NCBI GenBank assembly: GCA_965655095.1
Contig: OZ296652.1
Location: 83,762,001 to 83,826,000, forward strand
Origin: Haplodiscus bocki
Taxonomy: Eukaryota
Direction: 5' to 3'
Length of the DNA stretch: 64,000 bases
Part shown: piece after piece, positions 29,801 through 41,800 of the stretch
Layout of the letters: each line of letters starts with the position of its first letter
How positions within the stretch are numbered: position 1 is the first letter of the stretch
Position numbers and translations under genes: made by a program
The notes under the pieces: model-generated
The model's input: only the letters and a program-made list of their open reading frames with translations
The model's database searches: none
Told to the model about the DNA's origin: nothing

Positions 29801-32800
29801 TTTTCACCTGCTGTTGCTTGCATTGCGGCAGTAGTGATTCTACATGCGCATACCCAGCAGGGAATTCAATACTTGAGATTTTTGGTATTGGTATTGAGCA
29901 CTTTTGGTATTGGAATTGGTATTGGTATTGAGTCAATACCTGGGTTAGTGAATGGTATTGACCCAATCGTGAACTGGTATTGAAAATACGCATGTACATC
30001 AAAAATGGTCTTATCTTACCCCTAATGAAGGATTTGTGCTCTAAACAGCCAAAATAAGCATGAACATGAAAAAATGAGTAAAATCGATTTTTATTAAAAT
30101 TTTTTGCTGATTACGATAGAAATAAGCATGTGCATCAAAAAGTGACCTGTATCGATTTTTATTAAATTTTTTACTGATTACGATGGAAATAAGCATGTAC
30201 ATGAAAAATTGACTTGTATCGTTTTTAATTAAAATTTTTCAGTGATTACGATGGAAATAAGCATGTACATCAAAAATTGACTTGTATCGATTTTACTTAA
30301 AATTTTTCACCGATTACGACCAAACGAAGCGTGTATCGCCAAAATGACCTAATATGTTATTTAATCGAAATTTTACGCTGAATATGAAGAAAATATCTTT
30401 TGTTCAGAATTTTTTGGTGAATGTAACGCAAATGCTTAGAGCTTCAAACTTCCCACTGCTGAAAAGATATTTATGCTTAAACATTCAATTAGAGAATCTT
30501 TTCATTTTTCTTCAAGAAAACGTTTCTGGCGTGATGTGCAGCAGTCATACGACATTGTAAATAATTCTTAGAATATCTACACAATGAAAATAGGCGTTCT
30601 GGGTCAACACTGGCGGGTTTAAATGTAATCATATAGGCTTCAACTCTAAAGTCATCTGCACATATTCGACGTTCAAAATCAGCTAATGTTATTTCTGTCC
30701 CAAGATTGTAACCATGATCGTTTTGAGCGTTCTCTTCGTATATAAATTTCTCCTTTACCTTGTCGAAGAAACTTCCACGCTTCTTCAGAAGAGCTTCAAC
30801 GATATCATTTCTATTTAGCCATTTATCCAAGACTAACTGAGCATCAATTGACAAATTTCTTACCCGTGCTTGAAGATATAAAATTATGTTTTTAGCCGTA
30901 TGAACAGATGCATCCTTTGCTTGTAGCCGCATTGTGCATTCCTTAAAGGGCAGAAGGAGCTCAATAATATTATCTAATGCTGCCCAGTCGTAGTTTCGCA
31001 AATCATTTTCAAACATAATTTGCATATATCGTTTAAGATCTCGAAAGCGAACCAACATGTCAAATACTGAATTCCATCTCGTCGCATTACTGCAAATAAT
31101 CTTTAATGGTGATTTTCTGACAACCTCTCCGTCTGTTTGTTCATCATTCTGACTATTTAAAAATTCCAGCTGTGCTTTTTCAAGGGCTTCGGCGTTTTTT
31201 GTTGAACTATGTACCTTCTTGCAAAGGTTCCGAACAATCTCAATGACATGGCGAAATTGGCCTACAGCAACTTCACGCTCCTGATCTTGATCTTCATCGT
31301 CTTCATCATTTTCGTCAAAAATTAAATCCGATTCTGGGTTTGCGCAAATAATTCTTTTAACACATAAATTAACTACATGCGCCAAACAAGGAAATGAATA
31401 CCAACCAAATAACTCAGAAACGGCCTGTACGTCAGCTCCACAATCAGTAACCGAAATTGTTATGTCACTAGGGGTAAGGCCAAAAAGTGCTAATTGTTTC
31501 CGAAGATAGGTTGCAATTTCTTCCGCTCCACAGAAGTGTTTATAAGGAATTAAACCAAGACAAATGTCGTGCAAATCAACGTATAAATATACACCAATAA
31601 ACTTCTTCCCATCCTGTGAGGTCCACTTGTCAAACGTAATTGTTAAAAGCTGTTCCTTGTTTCGCGACTCAATAATTGATTTCAATTTTGAAACAATGCA
31701 ATGATATTTCTCATCTAATGCTTTGTTCATAGAGTGATAAGTAACGCTTCCAAATCCTAATTCACGAAACATACTTTGTAAAGCTTCGCTTTTGGCAACA
31801 GCTGTAATAGGAATGTTGTCCTTATACACAAGCTTAGAAACAGTGTCCATTCCTTTAGGCAAATTAAGCTTGGGACATTTTTTAAAACCAATCTTGGGCT
31901 GATTTGTAGGTGCTTTCCGCTTATTGGATTTTGCACAGGAATCCGCATGTTTTGAAAGACCACTTGTTCCGAAATTCGGGGCCTTGACCAAAGCATCACA
32001 TTTAATGCATTTTCGCCACTCAGTCTGTACATCGTCCTTAAATTCCAGCAAAAATAACTTGCACACATTGCTTGAAGTCTTCTTATTGACTCTATATTCA
32101 ACGACTGGAAGTTTTGGATTTTCAATTACCGTAATTTCATCAGAAATCGATTGAACGCTAGTACTGGAACTCATCAAAACTCATCTAAAACGCAAAAAAT
32201 ATTAATTTTCCAAAGTAGAATTTGGTTTTAAAATCAAGCAAAATAAAATAAAATCTAAAAATATTTTTTATTTTCGTAAAATCAGCTTCGAAAATTTGTA
32301 ATGCGGAGTTTGAAAAATTCAAATTCAATACCACTTTTGTGGTATTGAGCCCTCTGGTATTGGTATTGAGGGGTCTAGGTATTGGTATTGGTATTGAGGG
32401 TCAAAATTTTGATAGTATTGGTATTGGTATTGGTATTGAGGGCCCAAGTATTGACTTTTGGTATTGGTATTGGTATTGGTATTGCAATCCCTGATACCCA
32501 GTGTCCAACTCTCCCGCACTCCAGACATTTGCTGTTTCTAGCGGGACATTTTCGGCCTTTTTGTTCCCCGGGGCTAGAGTAAATGCATCGACTTATTGTT
32601 GCCTTGTCGGTTGTTTTTTTGACCTTCCTTCAACTGCAACAACTGACTCACTCGGACGGTCTGCGAGCGTTTGTCAATTTGTGGTGAAGGATCGGCTTAC
32701 GTCGGCTGACAACTAGTTGCTCTGGCTGGGGTAATGCATTTTTCCAGGGGAGCTTCAGCGTCTGAAAACTCGAGTAGCCTAGCCCCGATGTTGTCCAACT

Positions 32801-35800
32801 TGATTCCAGCTAAAAATCAATCTCGGAGGAAAACATTTTCATGTAATTGAATTGCCGTTGGGCTTTCGCATCGCTCAACTATTAATCGCAGTTATTTGCA
32901 ACTGCGCATTATTGTCTTCACTTTGTTGAGCCGAAACACTTGATGTCATGGATAAATAACTGACGGCTTCTCAATCTTTGCGGCCAAGAGCAATTGCCTC
33001 ATTGAGTGTTGTTGCCCGTGCAAGTATAGTGAATAGTTCAGATCTTGCGTATAGTTGAGGTAATGTCATTTCATGGGCATGCTCCGTGACTTCATTGATC
33101 GCTAATCCATCGGTAAAAGATGGCTTTCACGAAGTCCATTGTTCTTGACGAGTTTGACGGCAAGTCCGGAGGTTGGAATTTCATTTCAATTCGTTGAATA
33201 AAATTGTGTTTGTAAGGCATTAGTTACTTTGAGGCGTTCATTCAACGTTTATCTGGAACACAACTATCAGATTAGAGTATGAATATACGTGAAAGGTATA
33301 AAGCAATGAACTTAAATAAACTTGATAGATATCAATGAAATACTTGAAAATTCAGTTGTAATTTTTTTCCACTTAACCATAATCCTGCTTAGAAACTGCC
33401 TAATGAATTGTGTGGCAGTTTTCACCAAAGCATATTTGGAACAAATAAAGTTGTGCCAAATTGCCTAACTTGGTTCCTTCATGAAGTTAATTGTTTTTCT
33501 GCTGATTTAAAACGCCTTCAGTTGTCTTTGTTATTGCGATTTGAAGTTAGCCACCAATAATGTTCCAGGCTTGAAGAAAAGTCACCTTGTTAAAATCTCT
33601 ATTTTTTGTCTGTAAAGTCAGACGTCCGCCGAAGTTTGGAATATACGTTTTGAGGGAATTGGGAGAACATTTTTTGTTTGTAATTATTTGGCTTTATCAA
33701 TAATCATTTCTAATTTGACTTCTGCAGTCAATTGCCTCTCCGGCTTGAGCTTTCAAGTTCTATTTTCAATGTTTCCAGAGTTCCGTTTAAATATGGAAGT
33801 GAAGTTGAAAATTACGAGTTGTGGAATTTGAATTTCCAACAAGATGCCCGGCGAAATCCGGGATCTTTTTCCTTCCCAAGTTTGGCAAAAAACAAACAAA
33901 ATTGTTCAAATTTACAAAACCAAACTTCGGTGTCGCGATACTGTAAAGTTGCGAAATATGTTCGAAAATTGCCTCGAAACTTAACATTACGTTTTTTTAA
34001 TCAACTAATTTTTGGCACGAATCATGTTTTTGGCAAAAAACTCAATAAAGCACTGTACGGCACATTTGGAACAATTTGGTGGAAGAGAAGATAGCCTGCA
34101 GTTTTTTTGCTGATCGTGCAATTGGCGTTTTCTTGAAGAAAATAAGCTGAATGTTTAATTAATTATTTTGATACGAAATGTGTGCAAGGAACCTGAAAAT
34201 GGTGTTTATAGAACATTATTTCGATTGTAGCCAACAATCTGTGCTTTTAATAACCTGAGATCCTTTCAAGTATAACTTTTGGAATCCTTTTTCATTTTTC
34301 GAGGCTTTTAAACTTTAACAGCTTTAACTAACGAAGAAAGACTGTATCACCATTTGTTCAACGAGCAAGATTATTCAAAGTGGACTAGACCTGTGAAGAG
34401 ACAACAGCATAAAGTTGAGGTGAATCTCACTCTAGAGATGCTGCAAATAGTTCTTTTGGATGAGAAGGAAGAGTACATGAAAGCAAGTGTGTGGCCAACT
34501 CACTCCTGGTTTGACTCTTATTTGAAGTGGAAGCCCGAGCAGTTTGAAAACATTACAATTATCAGGGTCCCTCGAGGTCGAGCATGGAACCCCGATATTG
34601 TTCTCCTGAACAAGTGAGTAGCAAAGCAACTACAAATGAATAAAGAAAAAAACGATCAACTTTTTTTACTCATGCGTTAGAGCATCATCAATCTAAAAAC
34701 TAAAAAAATATATGAAGCATATGAACATATCGAATTTGTCTATAAGAAATGCAATTACAAATGTTTCGTGGATCCGAAACACATTCAAATATTGCATGAT
34801 GTACTTTTAGCATTGATGGAAAATTTGAAGTTTCTTACGAATGCAATTTACTTTTGAGCTGGGACGGTCGCATACAATGGATGCCTCCTTCAATTTACCA
34901 CAGCTCATGCTTAATGGACGTTCTTTATTTCCCTTACGATGTACAAAAATGCCCCATGAAGTTTGTTTCTGTGACTTACGATGAGTCTCAGTTAGATGTT
35001 AGTAACTTGGATTAGTGGTCCGGATTAGAAAATCTTCGGTAATGTTCATTTGTGCATTTATGTTCAGATAAAATGCGAAACAAATGTAATTTTCGATCCG
35101 TTTGCCTTCTCGCCTTCTGCTGAATGGCAAGTAATGTCATCTCCGTGTGTGTGCGACAAGTCTTCGATGCCTGGAACTGATCTATATCACTCAGCCATGG
35201 TTTGTGAATTCAGACTACGCCGCTTGTCGCTATATTACACTATCAATTTTGTTGTTCCTATCGTGATACTCACATTTTTGGCTATTCTTGGATTCTATCT
35301 ACCTTCGGAAACGAATGAGAAGATACCTCTGTGTACATCCATACTTCTGTCTGTAACTATGTTGCTTCTAATAGTGGTGAAGAATTTTGTACCTCCCACC
35401 AGTCTCGCTTTGCCTCTGATTTGCCAATACTTGCTGTTCAGGTAAATTGTTCACTTTTAAATATTTACGTACGAAAAACGTGTGCAGAACTATTTAATTT
35501 GAAAAATTCATGGAATTTGCTTGTTTGCGTTTTTATGCTCTTTGGCTTCGGATTTCAAATCCCGACTTCATGATCTTTCGAGCTAGCTGTAAAGTTGGTG
35601 TTTTACATGTTAGAATTTGATGTGTTTAATAAGTGTTTATCAAAGAAAGCCCTACTAAAACTGGTTTTTTGTTCAATATCACCGCAAACGCCCGTAAGGA
35701 ACTACGGAATAACCTTCCGTGAACAAAAACGCGTCCCTTTTTGGTAACTCATGTTTTTCTCAGGCAGTGTGGAACGTATGAAATGCATTATTGTCCAAGT

Positions 35801-38800
35801 TAACCCAGTGAATTTCATACGGCAAAATATAGTTATGGCCCCTATATTAAATCCATTTATTTCGAAAAGCAACATTTGTCAAAAAGTTCACCTCTAAAGA
35901 TGTAACTGAGGCAAAACTTGACTGGTAAAGAACTCATCCAAAACAGTAAAATTTTGAAAATCTCAAACAGTCACCCTTCAAAATTCTGCACTTTAACTTC
36001 GACAGTCCAACGCGAACAACAAACATTTTGGGTTTTTTACCGAGAAAAAAAACCAAAATTTTATTTTTTTCTCTTCCTCAAAATTTTCAAAAATCTTTGA
36101 AAATCATTTTCAATCATGGTTTTCCTGAAATCTGGCAATATATATAGAAAAGTTTACGCGGGTGGATATTCGGGTTTTGTTTACAATGTCCAGTTAGGAT
36201 GGTCCAGATTTTGCTCCATGTTCAAAAAATTATGGTCCAAACTTTGACACAAATGAAGACGCTGCCGATTTTAGTTTCCGAATTTCTGAAGTGCGTCTTC
36301 CGTTTATTGAAATTTTCTTTGGGGGTTTCGTTCCATTTTCGGTTAATTATGATCCAAATTCTGCAACACTTGCATATGATTTCGATTTCACGCAATTTTC
36401 GAAACAAATTTTGTTTTCAACTTTAAACTGAATTCTTTCTCTTCCTTGCATAGTCACATCTTTTCGAATACAATTTTTTCAAATGCCATTTTTAGAACCA
36501 TGCGGTTAATTTTCAGCTCGAAGTAAAGAAAACCTATAAATTTTTCACAATGTCCTTTCTCAAAATGCTCTTCTGGAGATTTGAATGCAGTTTTGACAAC
36601 CCTGTCGAAATTTTCACCTAAAGTCAATTTTCGTTGCTTCCTATGATTTTTCGATAGTTTTGTCTTCGTTAGAAAATTGAAAAGTGCGCTATTTTCGGTC
36701 AATTTCTTCAAAGATGTCATAGTATAGGTCGTTTATTTCCACATCTACGGCTCCAAATTACCTGAATTTTGGACAGGGTGAAGGAGGAGACTTCGATATC
36801 TCACACACTATATTTTTGTTGCGGTGCGACACTTTTTTATGTTTTCGCTGCGGAAGAAACTTTACTGTCGAGCTAATTTGTTGAGTTTCGATATGAGACT
36901 TGTCATATTTTAAATCATTATTTTCCTCATTTCGGTCTCCAAATGGCCTGAATTTTAAACAGACTTAATGAGAAGACTCTGTTTCATCAGACACTAAGTT
37001 TTGGTTGTCGTCCGACATCTTGCCGATGTTTTTTCTGTGAATGGAACTTGAAAATTGATCTAGTTTTGTCGGCCTGGATGCGAGATTTGTCATATTACAA
37101 GTCATTAGGTTCCCCATGCGGGGCTCTGCATTGCCTGATTTTTTGACAGCTTAACGAAAAGATTCTCTTTTATCACATCCAAGATTTTGATTGCAGTCCG
37201 ACAATTTTTCGATGTGTTTCTGTGCGAAAGAAACTTGATAATCGACCTTCTTTGATTTATTCGAAGTTTTCTGTGAGCTTCAAATCCTTTAGTTTGACAC
37301 CTAGAGCTTCAATTTACTGTAAATTTCGAAAAATTTTCAAATAAAATCTCGAATCTATCAGATACTTAATTTTAGCTGAGGTTGCGAAGTTTCGAAATGT
37401 TTTTTTTCCTGCTAACAGCTCTTAAATTGATTTTTTCCATATTTTCCGTCAATTTTTGATATTTGTATTGGAAGCAAGTGCAATTACGAGAATTTTTTTT
37501 CGTTTGCCTTGGCATACAAAAAGTAACAATTTTTTAATCTTTTTCGTTTTCGTTGCTGAGAAATTTTTTTCGTTTGGCCTTTTGAATGAAAAAGTCCTCA
37601 AAATCGAGATTGTTTTGGTGTTCGGGAGGTATTTGTTAATTTGAAATCATTCTCTTGGATCTTAGATCTTCAAATTCCTTGCAGCTTCCTTAGCTTTACT
37701 GAAACAGTCCCATTTTTGAGATATTAGCTTTCGGTTTCGGTGTCAATGTTTCTCGATACGTGTGCTCTGCGAAAAAGTTATCAAATTAGTTTTTCTGAAC
37801 TCATTTTGTCAGTTGGGGTTTTATTTTTTGGTAGTAATTCCATAAAGGACCCACATTTTGCACAGGATTGAAGGAAGAGATTAGTCGATTGTCTTTTACC
37901 GTTTGGGTGCGCTGACAGAATACAGAACTTTTCTTTGGGTTTTTTTAAGCAAGAGAAATTTCAAAATCGAACTATATTCATCACTTTTGATTTTTTTTAT
38001 CATCGATTTTGTCGCTATAACTTGGACGATGAGCTTTAAAATGGTCCAGATTCTCACTTGGAATAACAAGAGGCCTTCAGTTTTTATCTTTTAGGTGTTG
38101 GTTCAGGTCAGACATACTTTTTGCTTTGATTTCCGGGGATAGAACGTGATAATCGAAGATGTAATGATATTTTGAACTTTCTCTCAAATTTTATTCTTTC
38201 AGGGCAGATACTTCTGAGAACTGGCAATATCCTAAGTTATTGCAACAAAGACGACACATTTTTATGCCAAATGATTTTGGGTCAGTAGTTTTTCGATATA
38301 TTTTTACGAGACCAACTTCCAGATCGGGATTTAATGGCCAATGGAAAGTTTTGTGATCTTTTTGTCCTATATCTCTCTTAGTGGAAGCGAGGACTAAAAT
38401 GGAGGCTGATTTGGCATTGGAAAGAGAAAGACGCTCCGTTTATTTTGCAAACCATGTTTCAGATGCAGTCAGTTTTTTTTGATAGGTGTTCTCCGAAAAC
38501 GATTAACGTCGATCGATTTTGAATTCATTTTGAAAGCTTAGTCAAGTTCAAATCCGTTTAGCTCCGAGGTCTCATTAACAAAGTGATGGCGCCATTTCGT
38601 TTTTTGGGAAGATCTTGGAGCTAGCCTAGCACTGAGCCGTCAATGCGTATGTATGATTCCTGTTCGTGACCTGCGAAAAATGTTAATCATCAGTAATTAC
38701 ATCTACACCTTGGAACGCATGTTTCCTTAACTGCGAACTTGAATTCTTCCATCAAGGGCTCAATCGACACCTCTCTACTTGAAGAGGACTATTCAATGGA

Positions 38801-41800
38801 GAAGTGATAGATTTTGGTCTTCGCGTTGGTATCGTGGTAGTCCGAAAATGCCAAAAGTGTAATAATTTTGGCATATCCCTTTTTTCAAATTCTCATTTCT
38901 CTATAAGTTTTTGTTTCACTTCTTCCATCAAGTGTTCACTGGACAGCTCTTAATCTGTAAGAGGGTCTTCGATTTGGAATTGCTTGATTTTCTCAATCAA
39001 CAAGCTTTTCATGACAGGCTGAAAATGCCGAGAAGCGCAATTGTTCATGTGATTTTGTCGATATTCAAATTCATAGACTTCTGAAGCTTTTTGCGATACG
39101 ACACTGCTTGAGCAATTGTATTAAACTATGCCGTAAACTAAATATAGTAGAAAAAAGAATTAAATTTTGAGACAGGAATATAAGGGCTTGAATTCTTCGA
39201 CAAGGTCTCAATGAAAAACCACTCGTAGTTTCGATGAATCATATGTACACCTCCTTGATCCAGAATACCAATGTGCAACCGCGCCTCTTCTGACTGCTTT
39301 TGTGCAACATTCCAAGATTTTTGGTTCAATCTGTGCCGCAGAAGATTGTGATGACGACCGCAGAAGATTATGATGACGATTTGGCAAGTTTCCAATTTTT
39401 TGCTGACCTGATCTACCCACTTTGTTTTCTCTCAATCGACAGATTTTTAAATGTAACTTCTTTGAACTGCAAGATTTCTTGAAGATTATGTTCCGATTTC
39501 TAATTTGGATGTTCAAACTATTGCTGCAAATGCATAGGATGTCGATTTTAGTCAATTTTCCGCGCGCTTCTGAAACTGATAAATCAATTGTCTTCATTTA
39601 CGCTATAACCAACCGCTTTTCAAATATGAAATCCTGTGAGTCCAAAATTGCATGCGAGCTTTTTTTCCACTTTAGGAAAATTATGGTCCAAATATTGCTA
39701 CACTCGCGTATAATATGATTTTTAGTCAATTTTGCTGGTGCTTTTTCTACACTTCCAACCCAATTCTTTTCATCTCTATCTCATTTACACCTTTTTCTTT
39801 ATAATTTTTTCTTTGGAGCGATTTTTTGAGATTTTCTCTACAAATGTTTCAATTGATGTATGGTTTTCTCAAACAATTCTACCCATGCATTCGATGTCTT
39901 TTTTCTTTTTCCAAGTGCTTTTTCATTTAAACTAATCACCCAATTCTTTTTGTCCGAGGCTTAATCCGAAGCCTATTACATAGATTGATATGCTTGGACT
40001 TCTTTCTTTTTTGTTGGAGCGATTTTGTTGAAACGGTCTGAACACTGCTACGAATGCATATGATGTTCAGTTCAGCCTTTTTTACTTGGGTTTTTTTTCT
40101 GTTGAACTACCCACGCAATTCTTTTCCATTACGACGGAATGTAAATCAAAAATACGTAAATTTCTATAACTGGAGTAGTTTTTCTATTTCAATCTCTAAA
40201 ATTGTTGTTGTAAGAATGGCTTGTCGGTTTGCCTCAATGTTCAAAATGCTTTGCTCCGTAACCGCCCATTCAATTTCTTTAATTCGGCTCCAATTAGATT
40301 TCATAGTTGTGTTCAAATTAAAACGGTTTGTTAGTTTTGAAAAAAATGGTTCAATTCGATACTTCAGCGATTTCTAACATCAGTAGAAATTTTTTAAGCA
40401 GCCATCATTTGCCTACCTCCGTTGTATGCAAACGCATTTTTGGCTATTAATTTCAGTTGTCATTTTTTTCTGACGAAATGAATACTGGGAGCAACTCATA
40501 TCGGCAACAAGATATCAGACAGTTGTCCTATTAGCCCAAAAAATAAAGAAGTAACGTTTGTTAGAATTTCGGAGTTTTTTAGGCTTTTCTGGTGTGTACA
40601 TAGGCTTTTTCGTAAGAATTAAGAATTATTTCGATTTTTTTCCAAATGCAAAGCTGCGTGTGAGTTCAAGAGTGACCATATGCGAATCGAAAAATTGAAA
40701 TAATCGAGATCATTCCAACTTTGGAAATGGTTCCTCGAAATTATTTCCGACATAATATCCGTCTTTCTTAGGTGTTTTTGTTTGGTTTTCTTTAGTCGGC
40801 GCTTTTTAGAATAATAGTGCACGACTATAACGGACTTTTTGTTCGTTAGAATCGCTGCTAAATGCCTCAGTTTTTAGTTGAGCTAAATGTTCAAAAGGAA
40901 GGCACCAAAGCAGTGCAATTGCTGGAAAGAAGGCGTATATTGGGTACATATACGAAGTAATTTCAACCCGGTAGCAACTTTTTTTTGTGTTGCCTTCCCT
41001 ACCTTTGACCAAATTCAAAGTTTTTTAAAATGATAAACCAAAAATGTTAGTGATAACCCTCTAGCTTATACCGAAAATATTCAAAATGAAAAAGTTTATT
41101 GTTACGCCCCTTTTACGCCTTTTGACTGAAAGGAAGAAAAGATTTTTTTTATTGGGAACCGAGGTATGTATAGTGTTGTTTTATCCAGTCCAAAACTTAC
41201 ATTTGTGACGTCATTAGTCTAGTCGTCTAGTTGAAACGGTCAAAAAGGACCTTTTTAAAACATTTTGGCAGGTATTCGTTTGTTTTCGTGTTCTGAAACT
41301 TGCAAATTTTTTAAATATTCGTCTGAAGAGTGAACGACAGTGTTCTAAAAGGTAATGTTTCATATAATAATGTTTTGAATATGAGAAAGTGTGTTTTTCA
41401 TGAGGTCCGGTGCTTTTATTAGGTGAAGCTGTTGTAAATTGAATGATTGGGTGCTTCATCTACAGAATTCTTACTCGAAGATCTAGTTTTTATAACTGCC
41501 TTCGGTGCAACTATTTTTGCACATTCTGACTGAAAGGAATGCATAGTTTTTTATTCAGTCCAAAACTTACATTTTGTGACCTTATTAGTCTAGTCATCTA
41601 ATTTAAACGGTCAAAAAGGAGCCTTTTTGAAACATCTTGGCAGGTACTAGTTTATTTTCGCCTTCTGAAAAATGCAAAATTTTTAAAGATTAGTTTGAAA
41701 AACGAACAACAGCGTTCTAAAAGGTAATGTTTCACAAAATAATGTTTTGGATATGAGACTGTGTGGGAAGTGCATTAGGTGTCTCAGAAAAACGTTAAAT

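Larger units (their letters stand above)
29858..32493 (-). mobile_element. Complete hAT-superfamily DNA transposon, 2636 bp
   Basis: 15-bp TIRs CAGGGAATTCAATAC / CAGGGATTGCAATAC (13/15); identical 8-bp TSD ATACCCAG at 29850-29857 and 32494-32501; GGTATT subterminal repeats; uninterrupted transposase ORF. Confidence 0.97.
26730..33327 (-). mobile_element. Degenerate Ty3/Gypsy LTR retrotransposon (~3.95 kb without the nested hAT)
   Basis: Paired 123-bp LTRs; PPT GAGGAGAG abutting the 3' LTR. In minus-strand order: gag, CLECGRVGHWVCAC knuckle (split by hAT), protease remnant ALMNSS*TDSFI, RT (QAFVV..YSETINKYSTVDVYP, TAF..LYQF..IPLG.TNA, YLAD), integrase (HPGI.RL, ENSRFPIAF, SDHGTQF), RRSTKVRNQP tail. 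Many stops and frameshifts. Confidence 0.9.

Noticed and set aside
29984-30390. CRISPR-like regular repeats
   Set aside because: Units are similar along their whole length with no unique spacers; no cas genes; inside a eukaryotic hAT.
32325-32582. ORFs with QYQYQY/VLVLVL/GIGIGI runs (also 29742..30002) and a telomere-like hexamer
   Set aside because: These are translations of the hAT GGTATT subterminal repeats, not proteins or telomere.
33732-34094. 120-aa ORF as an alternative nAChR first exon
   Set aside because: Non-ATG start, no signal peptide, no suitable donor found.
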